A DNA stretch of 64,000 bases from assembly GCA_951406725.2 (NCBI GenBank), contig OX597814.1:223944001-224008000 (forward strand). The letters run 5' to 3'. The stretch comes from Octopus vulgaris (Eukaryota). A program made the position numbers and the translations under genes. The first letter of the stretch is position 1, and each line of letters starts with the position of its first letter. Under the pieces are notes generated by a model. The model had not been told where the DNA came from. It did not search any database and saw nothing but the letters and a program-made list of their open reading frames with translations. Below, piece after piece: positions 24,321 to 37,400 of the stretch.

Positions 24321-24987
24321 TCCGGAAAATGCATATAGTACAAGCTATAAAGTGGTTTGCATTTGAAAAAGCATCCAGCCATACAACCCATGCCAAAGCA
24401 GACACTGGAGCATGATTCAGCCTTACACCAATCAGATCCAACAAACTGCAATATGGTTATAATTTCTAGGTAATTTGGTGGTATGCTATCCAAGGAGAAA
24501 TGTTGCCTCATGCAAAATGAATCAAACCTATACACTAGTTTTTAAATGGCATCTAAGTTTACAGAGGCACTGCATTTTTCATTTATAGACATTCAAATTC
24601 ACAGCTGTTTAAAGCAGAGTTAACAGATAACACTTCCTCATGTTCTGATTACGGTAATTCCACTATCAATGAACTTAAGAAAAAGGTCCAGGAGGAAAGG
24701 AAAAAAAAAACTAATAGAAATTATGATAAAATATTTTAACTATAGCGTAAATTAAATTGTTGATATAGCAGTAATGTTAAATAAAAAATATACCTCAGTT
24801 GTGAGCTCGTTAATAAAAGAGTGATGAGAGGAGTTGTGGTTTTACTTGCATTGCTGCATTTTCTATGTATGTTCTGTAAGTGCATCTTTTTTTTTTTATT
24901 AATTAAATATCTATGCACCCTTCTGAATAAGGTTTTCTCAATTGCTATTTAATGGGAATAAGATATATGATACTGCTTGCAACATTT

Positions 24988-25021
24988 GAGAATTTCTTTA
25001 ACACATAAATACACACCCCTA

Positions 25022-25063
<42 letters not shown>

Positions 25064-25128
25064 ATTATTAGAGAATTTCTTTAACACATAAATACACACC
25101 CCTATGCATATATATATATATATATATA
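24988..25128. repeat. Local tandem duplication of a 37-bp unique segment plus (TA)n
   Basis: GAGAATTTCTTTAACACATAAATACACACCCCTATGC at 24988 and again at 25071. Confidence 0.9.
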
Positions 25129-28100
25129 CTGATGTGGAAAAGGTGGAGAATTATATAATTATTTTTTAATTTTTGTTTTCAAATTTAACGTTATCTGTTT
25201 GCTTGGAGATAAAGTGTATTTAGGGCAAGTCATTTAGTTTGTGGAGCCCATCCCTCTGCAAGAAAGTCAATGGGAATTCAGCAATACCAGCAAATGAAAC
25301 ACTTATGCAATGCTCCTACTGCAGTTCTACAGTAGTTGCATCACTTAATATCATCTAATTACAGCTATTTAAGAGCTAAGTATCTTCACTAGAGTCACAA
25401 AGCTGCATCAGTGCAGTGATATAAAACATTGATCATTCAGTTTATTAAAGCAGTTTGTTTACTTGTTTTTACAACCATTTTTTCCCACGTTAGTATACAA
25501 GATGGGCAGTCGAAATTGAAAATTCTCAATAAAGGGACTCTTCTATCTTTTAGTTTTTACTTGTTTCAATCATTGGTCTGCAGCCCATCCTGGGGCATTG
25601 CCTTGAAGGGTTTTAGTCCAAATAAATCAACCTCAGTAACTTATTCTGTTCAAGAACTAATACTTATTACATTGGGTGTCTTTTGTGAACCAGTAAGTAA
25701 CAAGGGTGTAACTAAACTAACACCAGTTATCAAACAGTGGTGGAGACAAACCCAGAATCAAAGACATACATGCATGTATACAAGATGGCATTCCACACAG
25801 TTTCTCTCTGTCAAACACACTCACAATACATTGGTCAGCTCAGGGCTGTAGCAGAACACATTTGCCCAGGGTACTCATCATCATCATCATCATTTAACAT
25901 CCATTTTCTATGCTGGCATAGTGAAACCGTGTGGAGGTTGAAAGGGAGTGAATGAATTGCACATTTAATAAAAAGAGAGGGTTTAGAACATTTTAAATGT
26001 GTCTAACATCATAAATAAAATTACAAGAATCACAAGAATGCAAACTTTCTTTTTCACATTAATAAAGAGAAGGAGAGGAGCAAGAAATTTCATTAATATT
26101 TGGGGATGTCCATATTGACTTTTACATCTGAAGTATGATACAAGGTATATGTATTATGTATGTGAGTATATAAGTACACACACACACACACACACAAACT
26201 TCTAGCAAAAAAATGTAAAATGCTTAATATGTCTCAGTTTATGATTTCTAAAAAGAATGAAATAGTGCCATATAAGATTACCATTGATACAAAATTTAAA
26301 GAACTTCAAGATATGAGCACAAAGGAAAGTTCTTTGTGCATATTCTATGCATCCTTTTTCTCATTCTTTAATTTCAATTTCGAACTTTTAATCCTGCCAA
26401 ATATTATGAAGAAATTAATATCTCCCTTGTATTAACTGTTCACTAGGTGATACAATGACTTTAGAAAGAAGCAATTTAAAAAAGATGGAAACGAAGTACC
26501 ATTCCAAAAACCAACAAATGGTCTCTTCACACTCGTATTCATATTACTCTAACAAATGTAATATTTTGTTCACATTATTTGAATTAATCATACATTATCT
26601 CATAGCTTCAAGGTTTTGAATATGTTACTATTTTTACAATGATGTTGTAGAATAGGTGTGAGAGGGTAGATATGATCATAAAAAAAAGATAGAACATTTT
26701 GGCTGGAAATGGCCAGTTTAAATGCTAAAGGGTTAAGCATGTAGATATCCACAGATAACTAAAGCTAACAATGAAACAGGTTACCAAAGACACTGTTTCA
26801 CAGCTTCAAACAAAGGATATTATTCTGCTAACTAAATTTTGGCAAAATAGTTACCGTTCCCACTTTATGACTAAGTCATCAAACAGAATGAGACATCAAA
26901 AGAAATCGTATTCAATTTGAATTTAGACAGACAAATACTTGAATTTACAGAACTACAAATGTATAAACATGCACAAGTTTTATGAAAACGTCTTGAAGTG
27001 TTGATGTGATGTGGGGTGGGGTGGGGTGTAAGCTGACCAAGAATAGAATTTTCCAGTGGTTAAGAGGTTTTTTGGGGTTGTTTTTTTTAGTAGCTATATT
27101 AAATTGAAAAATAGAATTTAAGAAAAAAAGGGAGGAAATAATAATTCTGCAGGAATTTAAGAACTAAATTATAAAAAGTTATCTAAACAATAATTATTTC
27201 CATGATTTTTGAAGAATGTTTTCAAAGTGTTATTTTAATCCCAAATTTAGTGAAATGTTTTTATTGTTTAAATTGTTTAAACAAAACAGCAGGAGAGATG
27301 AAGAAAACATGAATAATATATTTGTTTAGGCATTGAATATTTTCCCATAAATGCAAACAAAATTGCCTTCAATTTTTTTTCCAGCAATATAACTAACAGA
27401 CATGCTGCTAAGCAAACACATGAAAATTCAAGAAAAATACCAAGAACGCAATAATCACTGCAAACTTTTTGGTACAATGCCAGTGATTTTAGAGAAAATG
27501 GGGATAATTAATTTTTTTCAAACCCAGTACTTGACTGGTACTCTATTTTATCAACTAACTCCATGAGAATGGAAAGCAAAGCGGACCTCTTAAAATAAAT
27601 ACCACTAAGCATTTTGCCCAGTACACAAATGATTCCACCAGCTCACTGACAGAGAGCTGAATGAATGTAAGAGGTTAAATGATGAAGAACATCGTCATCC
27701 TCATCATTTTATGTCTATTTTCCATGCTGGCATGAGTTTGATGGTTTGGCAGGATTCAGCAAGCTTCAGGGTACAGGGCTATGCTTAACTCCAGTGTCAG
27801 CTTTGGTATGGTTTCTATGGCTAGATGCCCTTCTTAACACTAGCTACCTTAAAGTATGTAGTGGGTGCATTTTTTTGTTCATGCCACCAGCACTAGTAAG
27901 GTTACCAATTAAATTGCAAGGCAGAAAGAGAACAAGAGAAAAGAAATAAGCTCCCGCTACTAAGTGAGCATTCAAGGGCAGGGATGAGGCTTTATGTCAA
28001 GGCTAAGGTATAATAGAGGGACAAGCATAAGTATCTTACATAGAGGGGATATATGGCTAGCATAGATTATATAGAGGTAAGTCAGACTAATTGAGAGGGG

Positions 28101-28231
28101 ATAAAGATGGCAGTGATGGAATGCCAGAACAAAGAAACAGAAGTGATAATTGAAAACAACCCTAGATGTGATATACTGTGTTGACATGAAGAGGGAAATA
28201 CAAAAATCCTTTCACTTCTTTTATGTTTTTC

Positions 28232-28880
28232 GAGACAGGTGTGGCTGTGTAATAAGAGACAGGTGTGACTGTGTGATAATAAACAGGTGCGGCTGTGTGA
28301 TAAGGCGGCGAGCAGGGCGAAATGCTTAGCGGTATTTCTGAGTTCAAATTCTGCCGAGGTCGACTTTGCCTTTCATCCTTTTGAGGTCGATAAATTAAGT
28401 ACCAGTTATGCACTGGGGTCTGTGTAATCGACTTAATCCTTTTGTCCGTCCTTGTTTGTCTCCTCTGTGTTTAGCCCCTTGTAGGCAATATAGAAATAAG
28501 AAGCTTGCTTTCCAACAACATGGTTTCAAGTTCCGTACTGCTGCATGGCACACCTTGGGGAAGTATCTTTTACTTTGTGATCAGCCTCAGGCTGATCAAA
28601 GCCTTGTGAGTGGATTTGGTAAACAGAAACTGAAAGAAGTCTGACATATATATATGTGCATGCATTTGAGTTTCTGTTTGTCCCCCACCACCACTTGACA
28701 ACTGGTGTTGGTGTGTTTACACCACCATAATTTAGTAGTTTGGCAATAGAGACCAATAGAATAAGAACTAGGCTTAAAAGAAAAAATAAGTACAGGGGTC
28801 AATTCATTCAACTAAAAGACTCTTCAAGGCAGTGCCCCAGCATGGCCACAGCCTAATGACTGAAACGAGTAAAAGATAAA
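28232..28880 (+). mobile_element. CORE-like SINE with triplicated head, interrupted by a Meta-like SINE (about 28303-28497)
   Basis: Three ACAGGTGTGGCTGTGT(G/A)ATAA-like units, then GGCGGCGAGC... SINE, then the CORE-like body resumes at GAAGCTTGCTTTCC. Confidence 0.75.
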
Positions 28881-29289
28881 AGACAAAAAAAAACTTTTTT
28901 TTCTTCAGCACTTTTAAAAAAATTTTTCAGTTGATAAACTGAAAGTGTTTTCTTGAGTTTATTAGAAAAGAAGCAGTCAACATTGAATGCTAAAAATGTC
29001 AAGAAATTTAAATATTTGCATTCATTATACTTGAAGTTGTATAACAGGCAAATTGTTAGCACCTTGGACAAAATGCTTAGAGACATTTCTTCTGGATCTT
29101 TACATTCTGAGCTCAAATGCCACTGAGGTTGACTTTGCCTTTCAAACTTTCAGGGTCAATGGATTAAGTACCAGTCAAACACTGGAGTAAATGTAATCAA
29201 CTAGTCTGCTCCACAAAAAATTCAGGCCTTGTGCCGATAGAAAAAAGGATAAATAATACTTAAATATTAATGAGTTCTTTATTATGAAA

Positions 29290-30108
29290 TGAAATTGTAG
29301 TCATGACCGATGTTGGTGCCATGTAACTAGCATTTGTGCCAGTGGCATGTACAAAGCACGTTTTGAGCGTTGGGCCTCACGGAAGCAAAGTGACTGATGC
29401 TAGTAGCACATAAAAAGCATCTTTCAAGTGCTGGGCCTTCTGGAGGCAAATGACATTAGGCCATGCTTGAGAAGAAGATCCATCAAGCCAAGTGAAATTG
29501 TAGTTGCGGCAGACACTGGTGTCATGCAAATGGCACCCGTGCCAGTGGCACATGAAAGCACCCACTACACTCTTGGAGTGGTTGGCATTAGGAAGGGCAT
29601 CCAGCTGCGAAAATCATGCCTAATCAGACTAGAGTCTGGTACAGCTCCCCAGCTTGCCAGCCCTGGTCAAACCATCCAACCCATACCAGCATGGACAATG
29701 GATGTTAAATGATGATGATGATGATGATAATATGATAATATTTTTTATTGGCATCAGTCATTAAAATTATTGGTAACATTCTTAACAAAAAAAAAAAACC
29801 AGAAATACCGAGTACAATTTAGGTGTGATAGTTTGCAAGTAACAAGTTTGCTGGTGGCACGTAAAAAGCACCATCCGAATCGTGGCTGATGCCAGTGCCG
29901 CCTCGACTGGCTTCCGTGCCAGTGGCACGTAAAATGCACTCACTACACTCACGGAGTGGTTGGCTTTAGGAAGGGCATCCAGCTGTAGAAACATTGCCAG
30001 ATGAGACTGGAGCCTGGTGCAGCCTACTGGCTTCCCAGATCCCCGGTCGAACCGTCCAACCCATGCTAGCATGGAGAACGGACCTTAAACGATGATGATG
30101 ATGATGAT
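29290..30108 (+). mobile_element. Two adjacent RTE LINE 3' fragments (about 29290-29727 and 29850-30108)
   Basis: Each ends in the CCAACCCATG...TTAAA(C/T)GATGATGAT tail and carries GTGGCACGTAAAA modules. Confidence 0.85.
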
Positions 30109-30776
30109 GTACAAAGAGAACTTTTAATTTTCTCTTGATATTACCGTTTACTTTTTGGTTGATATTATTACAAGACAATATGAGATTGAAACTTGAACTC
30201 TTAAGAAAAATATAACTGAATATTGAAAATTTGAATTTCTGTGGGTAAACAAAATTAGTTTTGATTCAAGTTCCACTTTTAGTTCATGGAAATAACAAGA
30301 ATCTCATCAATTCCTTTTCTCAATTTCACTTCATGAAAACAACAAAGATTTTTATCAATTTAGTTTTGTGTGTGTGTATTTTTTCATCTGCTAGATTGAA
30401 AATCAAACATAACAAGAGAATAAAAATGTCAAAAAATTGTTTGCAATGGTTATCTCTGAAGAATTGAAATGGCTAGGAAATAAATTTTTTAGTTATTCAG
30501 TGTAATGTATCTTTAAGTCTCTAAGTCTACATTTATTTAGTAAATAAATAAAAAATGCAGCAGATATTATGTAACAGTGATACATGGTTCTGTTTCAGCA
30601 AGACTTTTCATGCAGATCAGAGGGAAAAAAAAAAATTTACTTTTATTTTTCAACTTAAATGAAGGAACAGATATGCAACATTTTTTTATGAAAATCAAAA
30701 GCCTGTCGACTTAGAGATGAGAGGAGAGAAAGAGAAAGGATGTGGAGATAAACCTAGCAGAGTAGTAACTATCACT

Positions 30777-30822
<46 letters not shown>

Positions 30823-32112
30823 GAAATTAAGGCTTTGTTGTACAAGTCAACATAGAATGTTGAATTAGCAAATTTAACATTTGCATTAATTACAATGTAA
30901 CATCAACTATTTCTTTATTTCTAAATGGTGAATTAAAATTTTTCATTGGCCTCATTCTTTAAATTGTGAGGAAAGCCACAACCAGGTTTTCTGATATAGA
31001 AATTAGCATTGTAATGGAAGCTGTTCTTACTTGGTTTCAAAACCAGACTGCAGACTTTGTCCATCAAAAGTTTAACTACAAAAAAAAAGGAAGTGTGTGG
31101 GGGGTTTGTTAATTTAGTAAAACATCTGGCTTTCTACCATTTGAGCAGGAAATTTAAAATAAATATCACAATAACTTTTCGAAAATGCTTTCAAGTTCCC
31201 AAGAAAGAAATTACCATATTAATGCTATATGCCCTCTGCACAGAAAAGAAGATATGCATAACAGATCTCATAAATATGTACGCATAATATTGCCCGAGGA
31301 CCGGAACTAAAGAAATTCTATCTGGCTCCAGATTATCTAAAACAAAACAGGCATTGGTAACAATAACACTGAAGTAATTATAAGGAAGTTTAATCTTTAA
31401 AAAAGTAGCCCAGAGTCTGTTAACCCATTCAATACAAAAACAGCAAGGAAGCACAGAAGATTTTCCTCCCCAGCACATGCATTAAAAAAATGCTAATGCT
31501 TTTCCTTAAACATTTTCAGCCAACTGAGGTTACCCATTCAAATATAACTAAAATATTCCACATGATTTTAGCATTGACAGGGCTTCGGTTCAATGAACCG
31601 TATACTTCAAGGTTTAAAATCATATCTACTGACATTATAAAATAGGGATTTCAAATTTTGGCACAAGATCGACAATTTTGGGGCTGGGGTAAATCGACTG
31701 CACCAACCCCAGAACTTAAATGGTTCTTATTTTATTGACTCCGAAAGGATGAAAGACAAAGATGACCTCGGTGGAATTTGAACTCAGAATGTGAAGACAG
31801 ACAAAATGCCGCTAAGCATTTCACCCAGTGTGTTAACAATTCTGCCAGCTAGCAAAAATAGAATGGATTTTCTGAAATATTAAGTTTGTGTTATTTTGTG
31901 CCTATTTACACAATAAGATTCACCATCATCCTTATCACTTAATATCTATGTTTCATGCTCACATGAGTTGGACTATTTGATGAAATCAAATGGGTTAAGA
32001 ACTGCATCAAGCTCCAGTGTCTGCTTTGGAATGGTTTCTACTATTGGATGCTCTCTCTAATGCTAATCACTCTACAGTATGTACTGGGTGCTTTTTTTCT
32101 TACCGTATAATA

Positions 32113-32507
32113 TCTTTATATATAAAAGTGAGGTTGTGTGTCTGTCTCCTACGATTTAGATTCCTAACTACTCCAACATTTTGCGGTGCAGTGTAACCAA
32201 AAGTGGGTATCTTATAGTCATGATTCATATCGAGCCCTTCTGGGTATTAGCGCGCGTCTATGATGAGTCTACGATTTAAAAAAAAATTTACCCTCATTTT
32301 TTCCCATTTTTAATGCAGTTTTTTTGCTATTATATAAAGGAAGCAACTCTCTAAAAATTTATTATTAAATCTCAGAACGTAAAAAGCTACAGTAACACCC
32401 CCTTTGTGGTTAGCCATATTGAGATGGCTATTATACTTTACATCTCTAAAAATGCTTATATAGTTATTTCCCTTACAAACCCGAGCAACGCCAGGCGATA
32501 CTGCTAG
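32113..32507 (+). mobile_element. Non-autonomous Helitron
   Basis: A|TC...hairpin...CTAG|T; same family as 21121-21505. Confidence 0.9.
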
Positions 32508-33597
32508 TTTTATATAATATAAATGATTAGCATGTTCTCAATACACACACACATATTTGCCATTTGTAGCCTGGTTTTAGAATAGGTACCCCTTATCCCT
32601 GCATGCCATAAGAGGTCACTAAAAGCATTGGTGATAGGAAGAGCATCTTGTAAAATGCTCCATCACTAAACTTGCTGAGCCCAAACCAGAATAGAGATGC
32701 AAGCATAAAATGATGAGGAAGAGGAGAATATTTTTTTCCTTTCAATACAACTGAACTAAAAGGAAAAGAAAGAAAGAAAAAACTTTATTTTTCTAAAGGG
32801 GCTTCCAACACTTCAACCCACTTCTGGATCACAGCTCCATAAAATATGGGAGTGCTGTGAAACCCATGGAAAGCGTTGAAAAGTTGTGCAAACTCAAACT
32901 TTCGAATTGAATATGGAAACATGCTACTTATAACTGTGTCTTCTTCCATTGAAATTTTTGTAATATTCATTCATTCAAAATACATTTACCTTGACACGTA
33001 AGCAGGTGATTAAACAAGGTCATGTCATAAATGCTTCTACCTAAACTCAGCCACATGAGATATTTAAATAATATGAATATTATGATATGAAATCCTCACA
33101 GTGGTAATATGAACCTATCAGTATCATATCTGCTTTCCATGCTGGTATGGGTGGAATGGATCATTATTGACTCAGTCCTTTCTTATAGGGAGCCACTGCT
33201 CTCATTAACTGGTGCTTTATGAGTAATTTGGCTTGGTTTCTACAGCTGGATGCTCTTCTTATTAACCACCACTTTACAGAATGAACTGGGTGCACTTTTT
33301 TGTAGGACCAACACCAGAGAAGTGTAGCGAAAGCTAGTATGGTACAAGGTCCCCTCGCGCAATGAGGGTTCATTGGGTGAGGGGACCTTGTACAGAGTAA
33401 ACATAAAGAGTATGCAGCCAAAAAATGTAGACCAAAAAGGAGAACAGGAGAAGGTGCAATAACAGCAGAAATGCCAGGAATGGGTGGATGTGGGGTAAGG
33501 GTTAAGTTAAAAGCATACTTAATAAGCTTAGGCATGTACAATTGCTCAAGTGACCAAGGAAAAGGAGAGAAGGAAAGCAATGGTTTATATAAATTTC

Positions 33598-33993
33598 TCT
33601 TTTACTTGTTTCAGTCATTTGACTGTGGCCATGCTGGAGCACTGCCTTTAGTCGAGCAAATCGACCCCAGGAGTTATTCTTTGCAAGCCTAGTACTTATT
33701 CTATCGGTGTCTTTTGCCGAACCGCTAAGTTACAGGGACTTAAACACACCAGCATCAGTTGTCAAGCGATGTGGGGGGGAGACAAACACAAACATACATA
33801 TATATGTATATATATATATATATATATATACGACGGGCTTCTTTCAGTTTCTGTCCACCAAATCCACCCACAAGGCTTTGGTCGGCACAAGGCCATTGTA
33901 GAAGACACTTGCCCAAGGTGCCACGCAGTGGGACTGAACCCGGAACTATGTGGTTGGTAAGCAAGCTACTTACCACACAGCCACTCCTGCGCC
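33598..33993 (-). mobile_element. CORE-like tRNA SINE
   Basis: Full-length copy. Confidence 0.9.
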
Positions 33994-34272
33994 TGTGGGC
34001 AAACTGCAACCTGCAAGACATTCTGAATGGCATACCTAATAAAAATTACCACAAATATTTACAGTAGTCCAGCCCACCTGATAATAAACCGTGTCACATG
34101 TGACTCATTTATCAAAAACAAATTTCCTATACCTGGTTTATTATTTACCTTTTGATACATTGAACCAGCAAGAGTTAAGTATCTCTAGTAAACATCTTAT
34201 TTAGAAATTATTTAAAAACTAGCAGATCCTAAACCAATAATTAGTCAAATAATATTCTGACAACTAACCTAT

Positions 34273-34496
34273 TCCTTTAGCATTCAAATTACTCAATTAA
34301 ATGTAATACTTACTTAAGCATATTGATTTTAATTAATCATGCACTATCTCATAACTTCCACATTTTGATGACATGATTGTATATTTTTAGAATGACATTA
34401 TAGAGTAGGTGTGAGAGACCAAATCTAGCTGATTTGAACATAAAACAGACAGAATATCTGAGTCCGGTATGGCTGGTTTAAATGCTAAAGGGTTAA
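34273..34496. mobile_element. piggyBac-like MITE (partial relatives at about 26520-26735, 35090-35290, 40425-40635, 56985-57345)
   Basis: Ends CCTTTAGCATTCAAA / TTTAAATGCTAAAGGG followed by TTAA. Five related copies in the window. Confidence 0.7.
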
Positions 34497-34563
34497 CTAG
34501 CTGTAACTCTTTAACTACTTAGTGTGTGTGTGTTCGAATATATATACATAGTACATACAACTA

Positions 34564-35060
34564 CCGTAAATCTTCGAGTATAGTCTACCCTTGAGTAAAA
34601 TACACAGGGGACTTTTAGGGGGTTGTACCTCTGATAAACCTAAACCTTGTGTATAATATGCATCCTTTCTCTAAGCCAGCAGCACCTAATCGAACAAACA
34701 CTTCCGCGTATGCGTAATACAATAATGATATTCTTAACTGTTATATGGGAATGTAAATATGTTTGTAAATTGTTTTTGTTACATGTTATTCTGTGTTCTG
34801 AATACTTTTATTTTAATAAATGTTGCTTACTGCAAGTTATGGATGATTTTTTTATGACTTCATTGCTTTCAGGCTTAGCTTCAGGTATTTTCGCGCCCGA
34901 CAACACAAAATGCGTCTGAATAAACATTGCCGAACAGCAAATAGAGACTCGGACATTGCTTAGAAAATATTAATCATTTTTAACCTCGTATATAGTATGC
35001 ACTAGGGATTTTGACCTTTAAATTTTGGGAAAAATGCAGATTATACTCAAGGATTTACGG
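34564..35060. mobile_element. Tc1/mariner-pogo type MITE
   Basis: TA|CCGTAAATCTTCGAGTATA ... TATACTCAAGGATTTACGG|TA: TIRs with TA TSD. Confidence 0.85.
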
Positions 35061-35322
35061 TAGGTGTGTAGTATGCTTATTTATGTATACCTATCAAATG
35101 TAATGCTTGCTTATTCAGTTTTGAAATAATTATGCATTATCCTGTAGCTTCGAGATTTTGATGATGTGACAGTTTATTTTTAGAATGACATTGTAGGGTA
35201 GGTGGGAGAGGTCAGATCTGGCTGGTTTGAACACAAAACAGGTAGAATATTTCGGTCAGGTATGGTTGGTTTATATGATAAAAGGGTTAAATATGATTGC
35301 TGAAAACGGATTTCAGCTATAT

Positions 35323-35580
35323 GCCAGCGCCGCCTTGACTGGCTTCTGTGCCGGTGGCACGTAAAAAGCACCAACCGATCGTGGTCGCTGCCAGCCTCCG
35401 GTGACACATAAAAAGCACCCACTACACTCACGGAATGGTTGGCGTTAGGAAGGGCATCCAGCTGTAGAAACACTGCCAGATCAGACTGGAGCCTGGTGCA
35501 ACCTCCTGGCTTCCCAAACCCCGGTCGAACCGTCCAACCCGTGCTAGCACGGAAAACGGACGTTAAATGATGATGATGAT
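35323..35580 (+). mobile_element. RTE LINE 3' UTR fragment (young, CpG-rich)
   Basis: Contains an intact GTGCCGGTGGCACGTAAAAAGCACC module and the (GAT)n tail. Confidence 0.85.
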
Positions 35581-36174
35581 TATCACTAGGCCTAAGGATA
35601 CAACACAAACAACACGTGTTGAGAGAGTTTGAACTTACAGCCTTTTCAGTCAGGATTCTAGTAACCTAACTAATCAGACAATGCCGGGTTCACCATAGTA
35701 AATGAACAACTGAGAAAAATTTCAACGACAGAAGCAAAACAAAAAGGAACAAAGGACTAAGTAAAAATATAACAACATTAAAATCGAGAGCAAAATAGCA
35801 CAGAAACCTAAAACTGAAAGTACTAAAAACTGTAAATGCCATCAAGTGAGAATCTGGCTAATGGCAAATGTTATCAAGAATAATTAAGAGTAATTAAACT
35901 GGTGAAAGTTATACACACACAATCCCTCTCTCTCTCCTTCTCTCTCTCTCCTTCTCTCGTGTATACAATATGAGTGTGTATATGTATACACGTACATAAA
36001 CACAATTAGTCTAACATGCTCACTCACACACACACACACACACGTATATGCACACACATATACACGTACACATGTACTCACAATTGCACACACATAAAAG
36101 CACAATGTGTCAGAAACACCCGTGTATATACATTGGTTTATATATATAGACGTACATATGTACTAACACATATC

Positions 36175-36399
36175 GGTACTACTTAAGAAGAGTGGTCCCG
36201 GTACGTGCACTCGCACTAGCTAGTCGTGACTAGTCGATCCTTACTTTGTTTTTGTGTTTTATTTACTTTGTTTTAAAAAAATTATTTATTTTGTGTTTTA
36301 TTTACTTTGCTAGGTAGTCGTTGTAGGATCGACTAGTCACAACTAGCTAGCGCGGATGCGCGAGTACGCGCACCGGGACCACTCTTCTTAAGTAGTACC
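36175..36399. mobile_element. MITE with about 65-bp TIRs (GGTAC start, Merlin-like terminus)
   Basis: GGTACTACTTAAGAAGAGTGGTCCCGGT and its exact reverse complement at the other end, plus inner CTAGCTAGT..GTGACTAGTCGATCCT arms. T-rich spacer. No short TSD. Confidence 0.8.
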
Positions 36400-36989
36400 C
36401 GTTGGTGTATATATATAGAGGTGTACATATATGCACTAACACACATCTATGTATGCGTGTGTGTTTACTTATTTACACACACACATACATGAATGTGCAA
36501 GTGGGTTTGTGTGAATAGGTTTCTGAAAAAAAAACTTTTGAGAGTTCCAAAGAGAGGGAGGGGGTGGGGGACACTAGCAAAGGGGGGGGGAGGCAACTGT
36601 GAGATAAGAACTGCCAAATCCAGATAAGTTTACACAATAATTACAAAGTTGATGCTGATGCTGATGATGATGATGAAGAACTGGAAATTAAGCAAGGAAT
36701 AAAAACTGGAAGAAAAGTAAAAACAACATCCTCGACATAAGAAAATAACAGTTGAAATAAAAGTGCAACTCTTGTCTTAGCATTTGTTCCCAATCTAGTT
36801 AGTGGCCAGTATAAGAGAATAGATTTCTTTCACAACTCAGCTTGAATGAAATTTTAGGAAAGCAAGGAGCATGCGTGTGCGCGCGTGAACAGCGTGTGTG
36901 TGTGTGTCAGAGAGAGAGAGAGAGAGAAAATGTGTGTATGCTGATGTGTAATAGTATGTGCATGTGTGTGTGTGTGTTTGAATATATAT

Positions 36990-37400
36990 ATTTCTTTACT
37001 ACCCACAAGGGGCTAAACATAGAGGGGACAAACAAGGACAGACAAAGGGATTGAGTTGATTACATCGACCCCAGTGCGAAACTGGTACTTAATTTATCGA
37101 CCCCGAAAGGATGAAAAGCAAAGTCGACCTCGGTGGAATTTGAACTCACAACGTAACGGCAGACGAAATACCTATTTCTTTACTACCCACAAGGGGCTAA
37201 ACACAGAGAGGACAAACAAGGACAGACAAACGGATTAAGTCGATTATATCGACACCAGTGCATAACTGGTACTTATTTAATCGACCCCGAAAGGATGAAA
37301 GGTAAAGTCGACCTCGGCGGAATTTGAACTCAGAACGTATTGGCAGACGAAATACCGCTAAGCATTTCACCCGGCGTGCTAACGTTTCTGCCAGCTCGGC
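36990..37400 (-). mobile_element. Meta-like SINE, head-body-body dimer
   Basis: One head (about 37350-37400) and two bodies joined at GAAATACCTATTTC (about 37165-37178). Confidence 0.85.

Noticed and set aside
31282-31336. Minus-strand exon candidate (NLEPDRISLVPVLGQYY)
   Set aside because: Weak donor (GTACAT), 55 nt so frame-shifting, and no similarity to laminin.
32785-32970. 61-aa ORF in unique sequence
   Set aside because: No recognisable domain or splice-site pair; within chance expectation.
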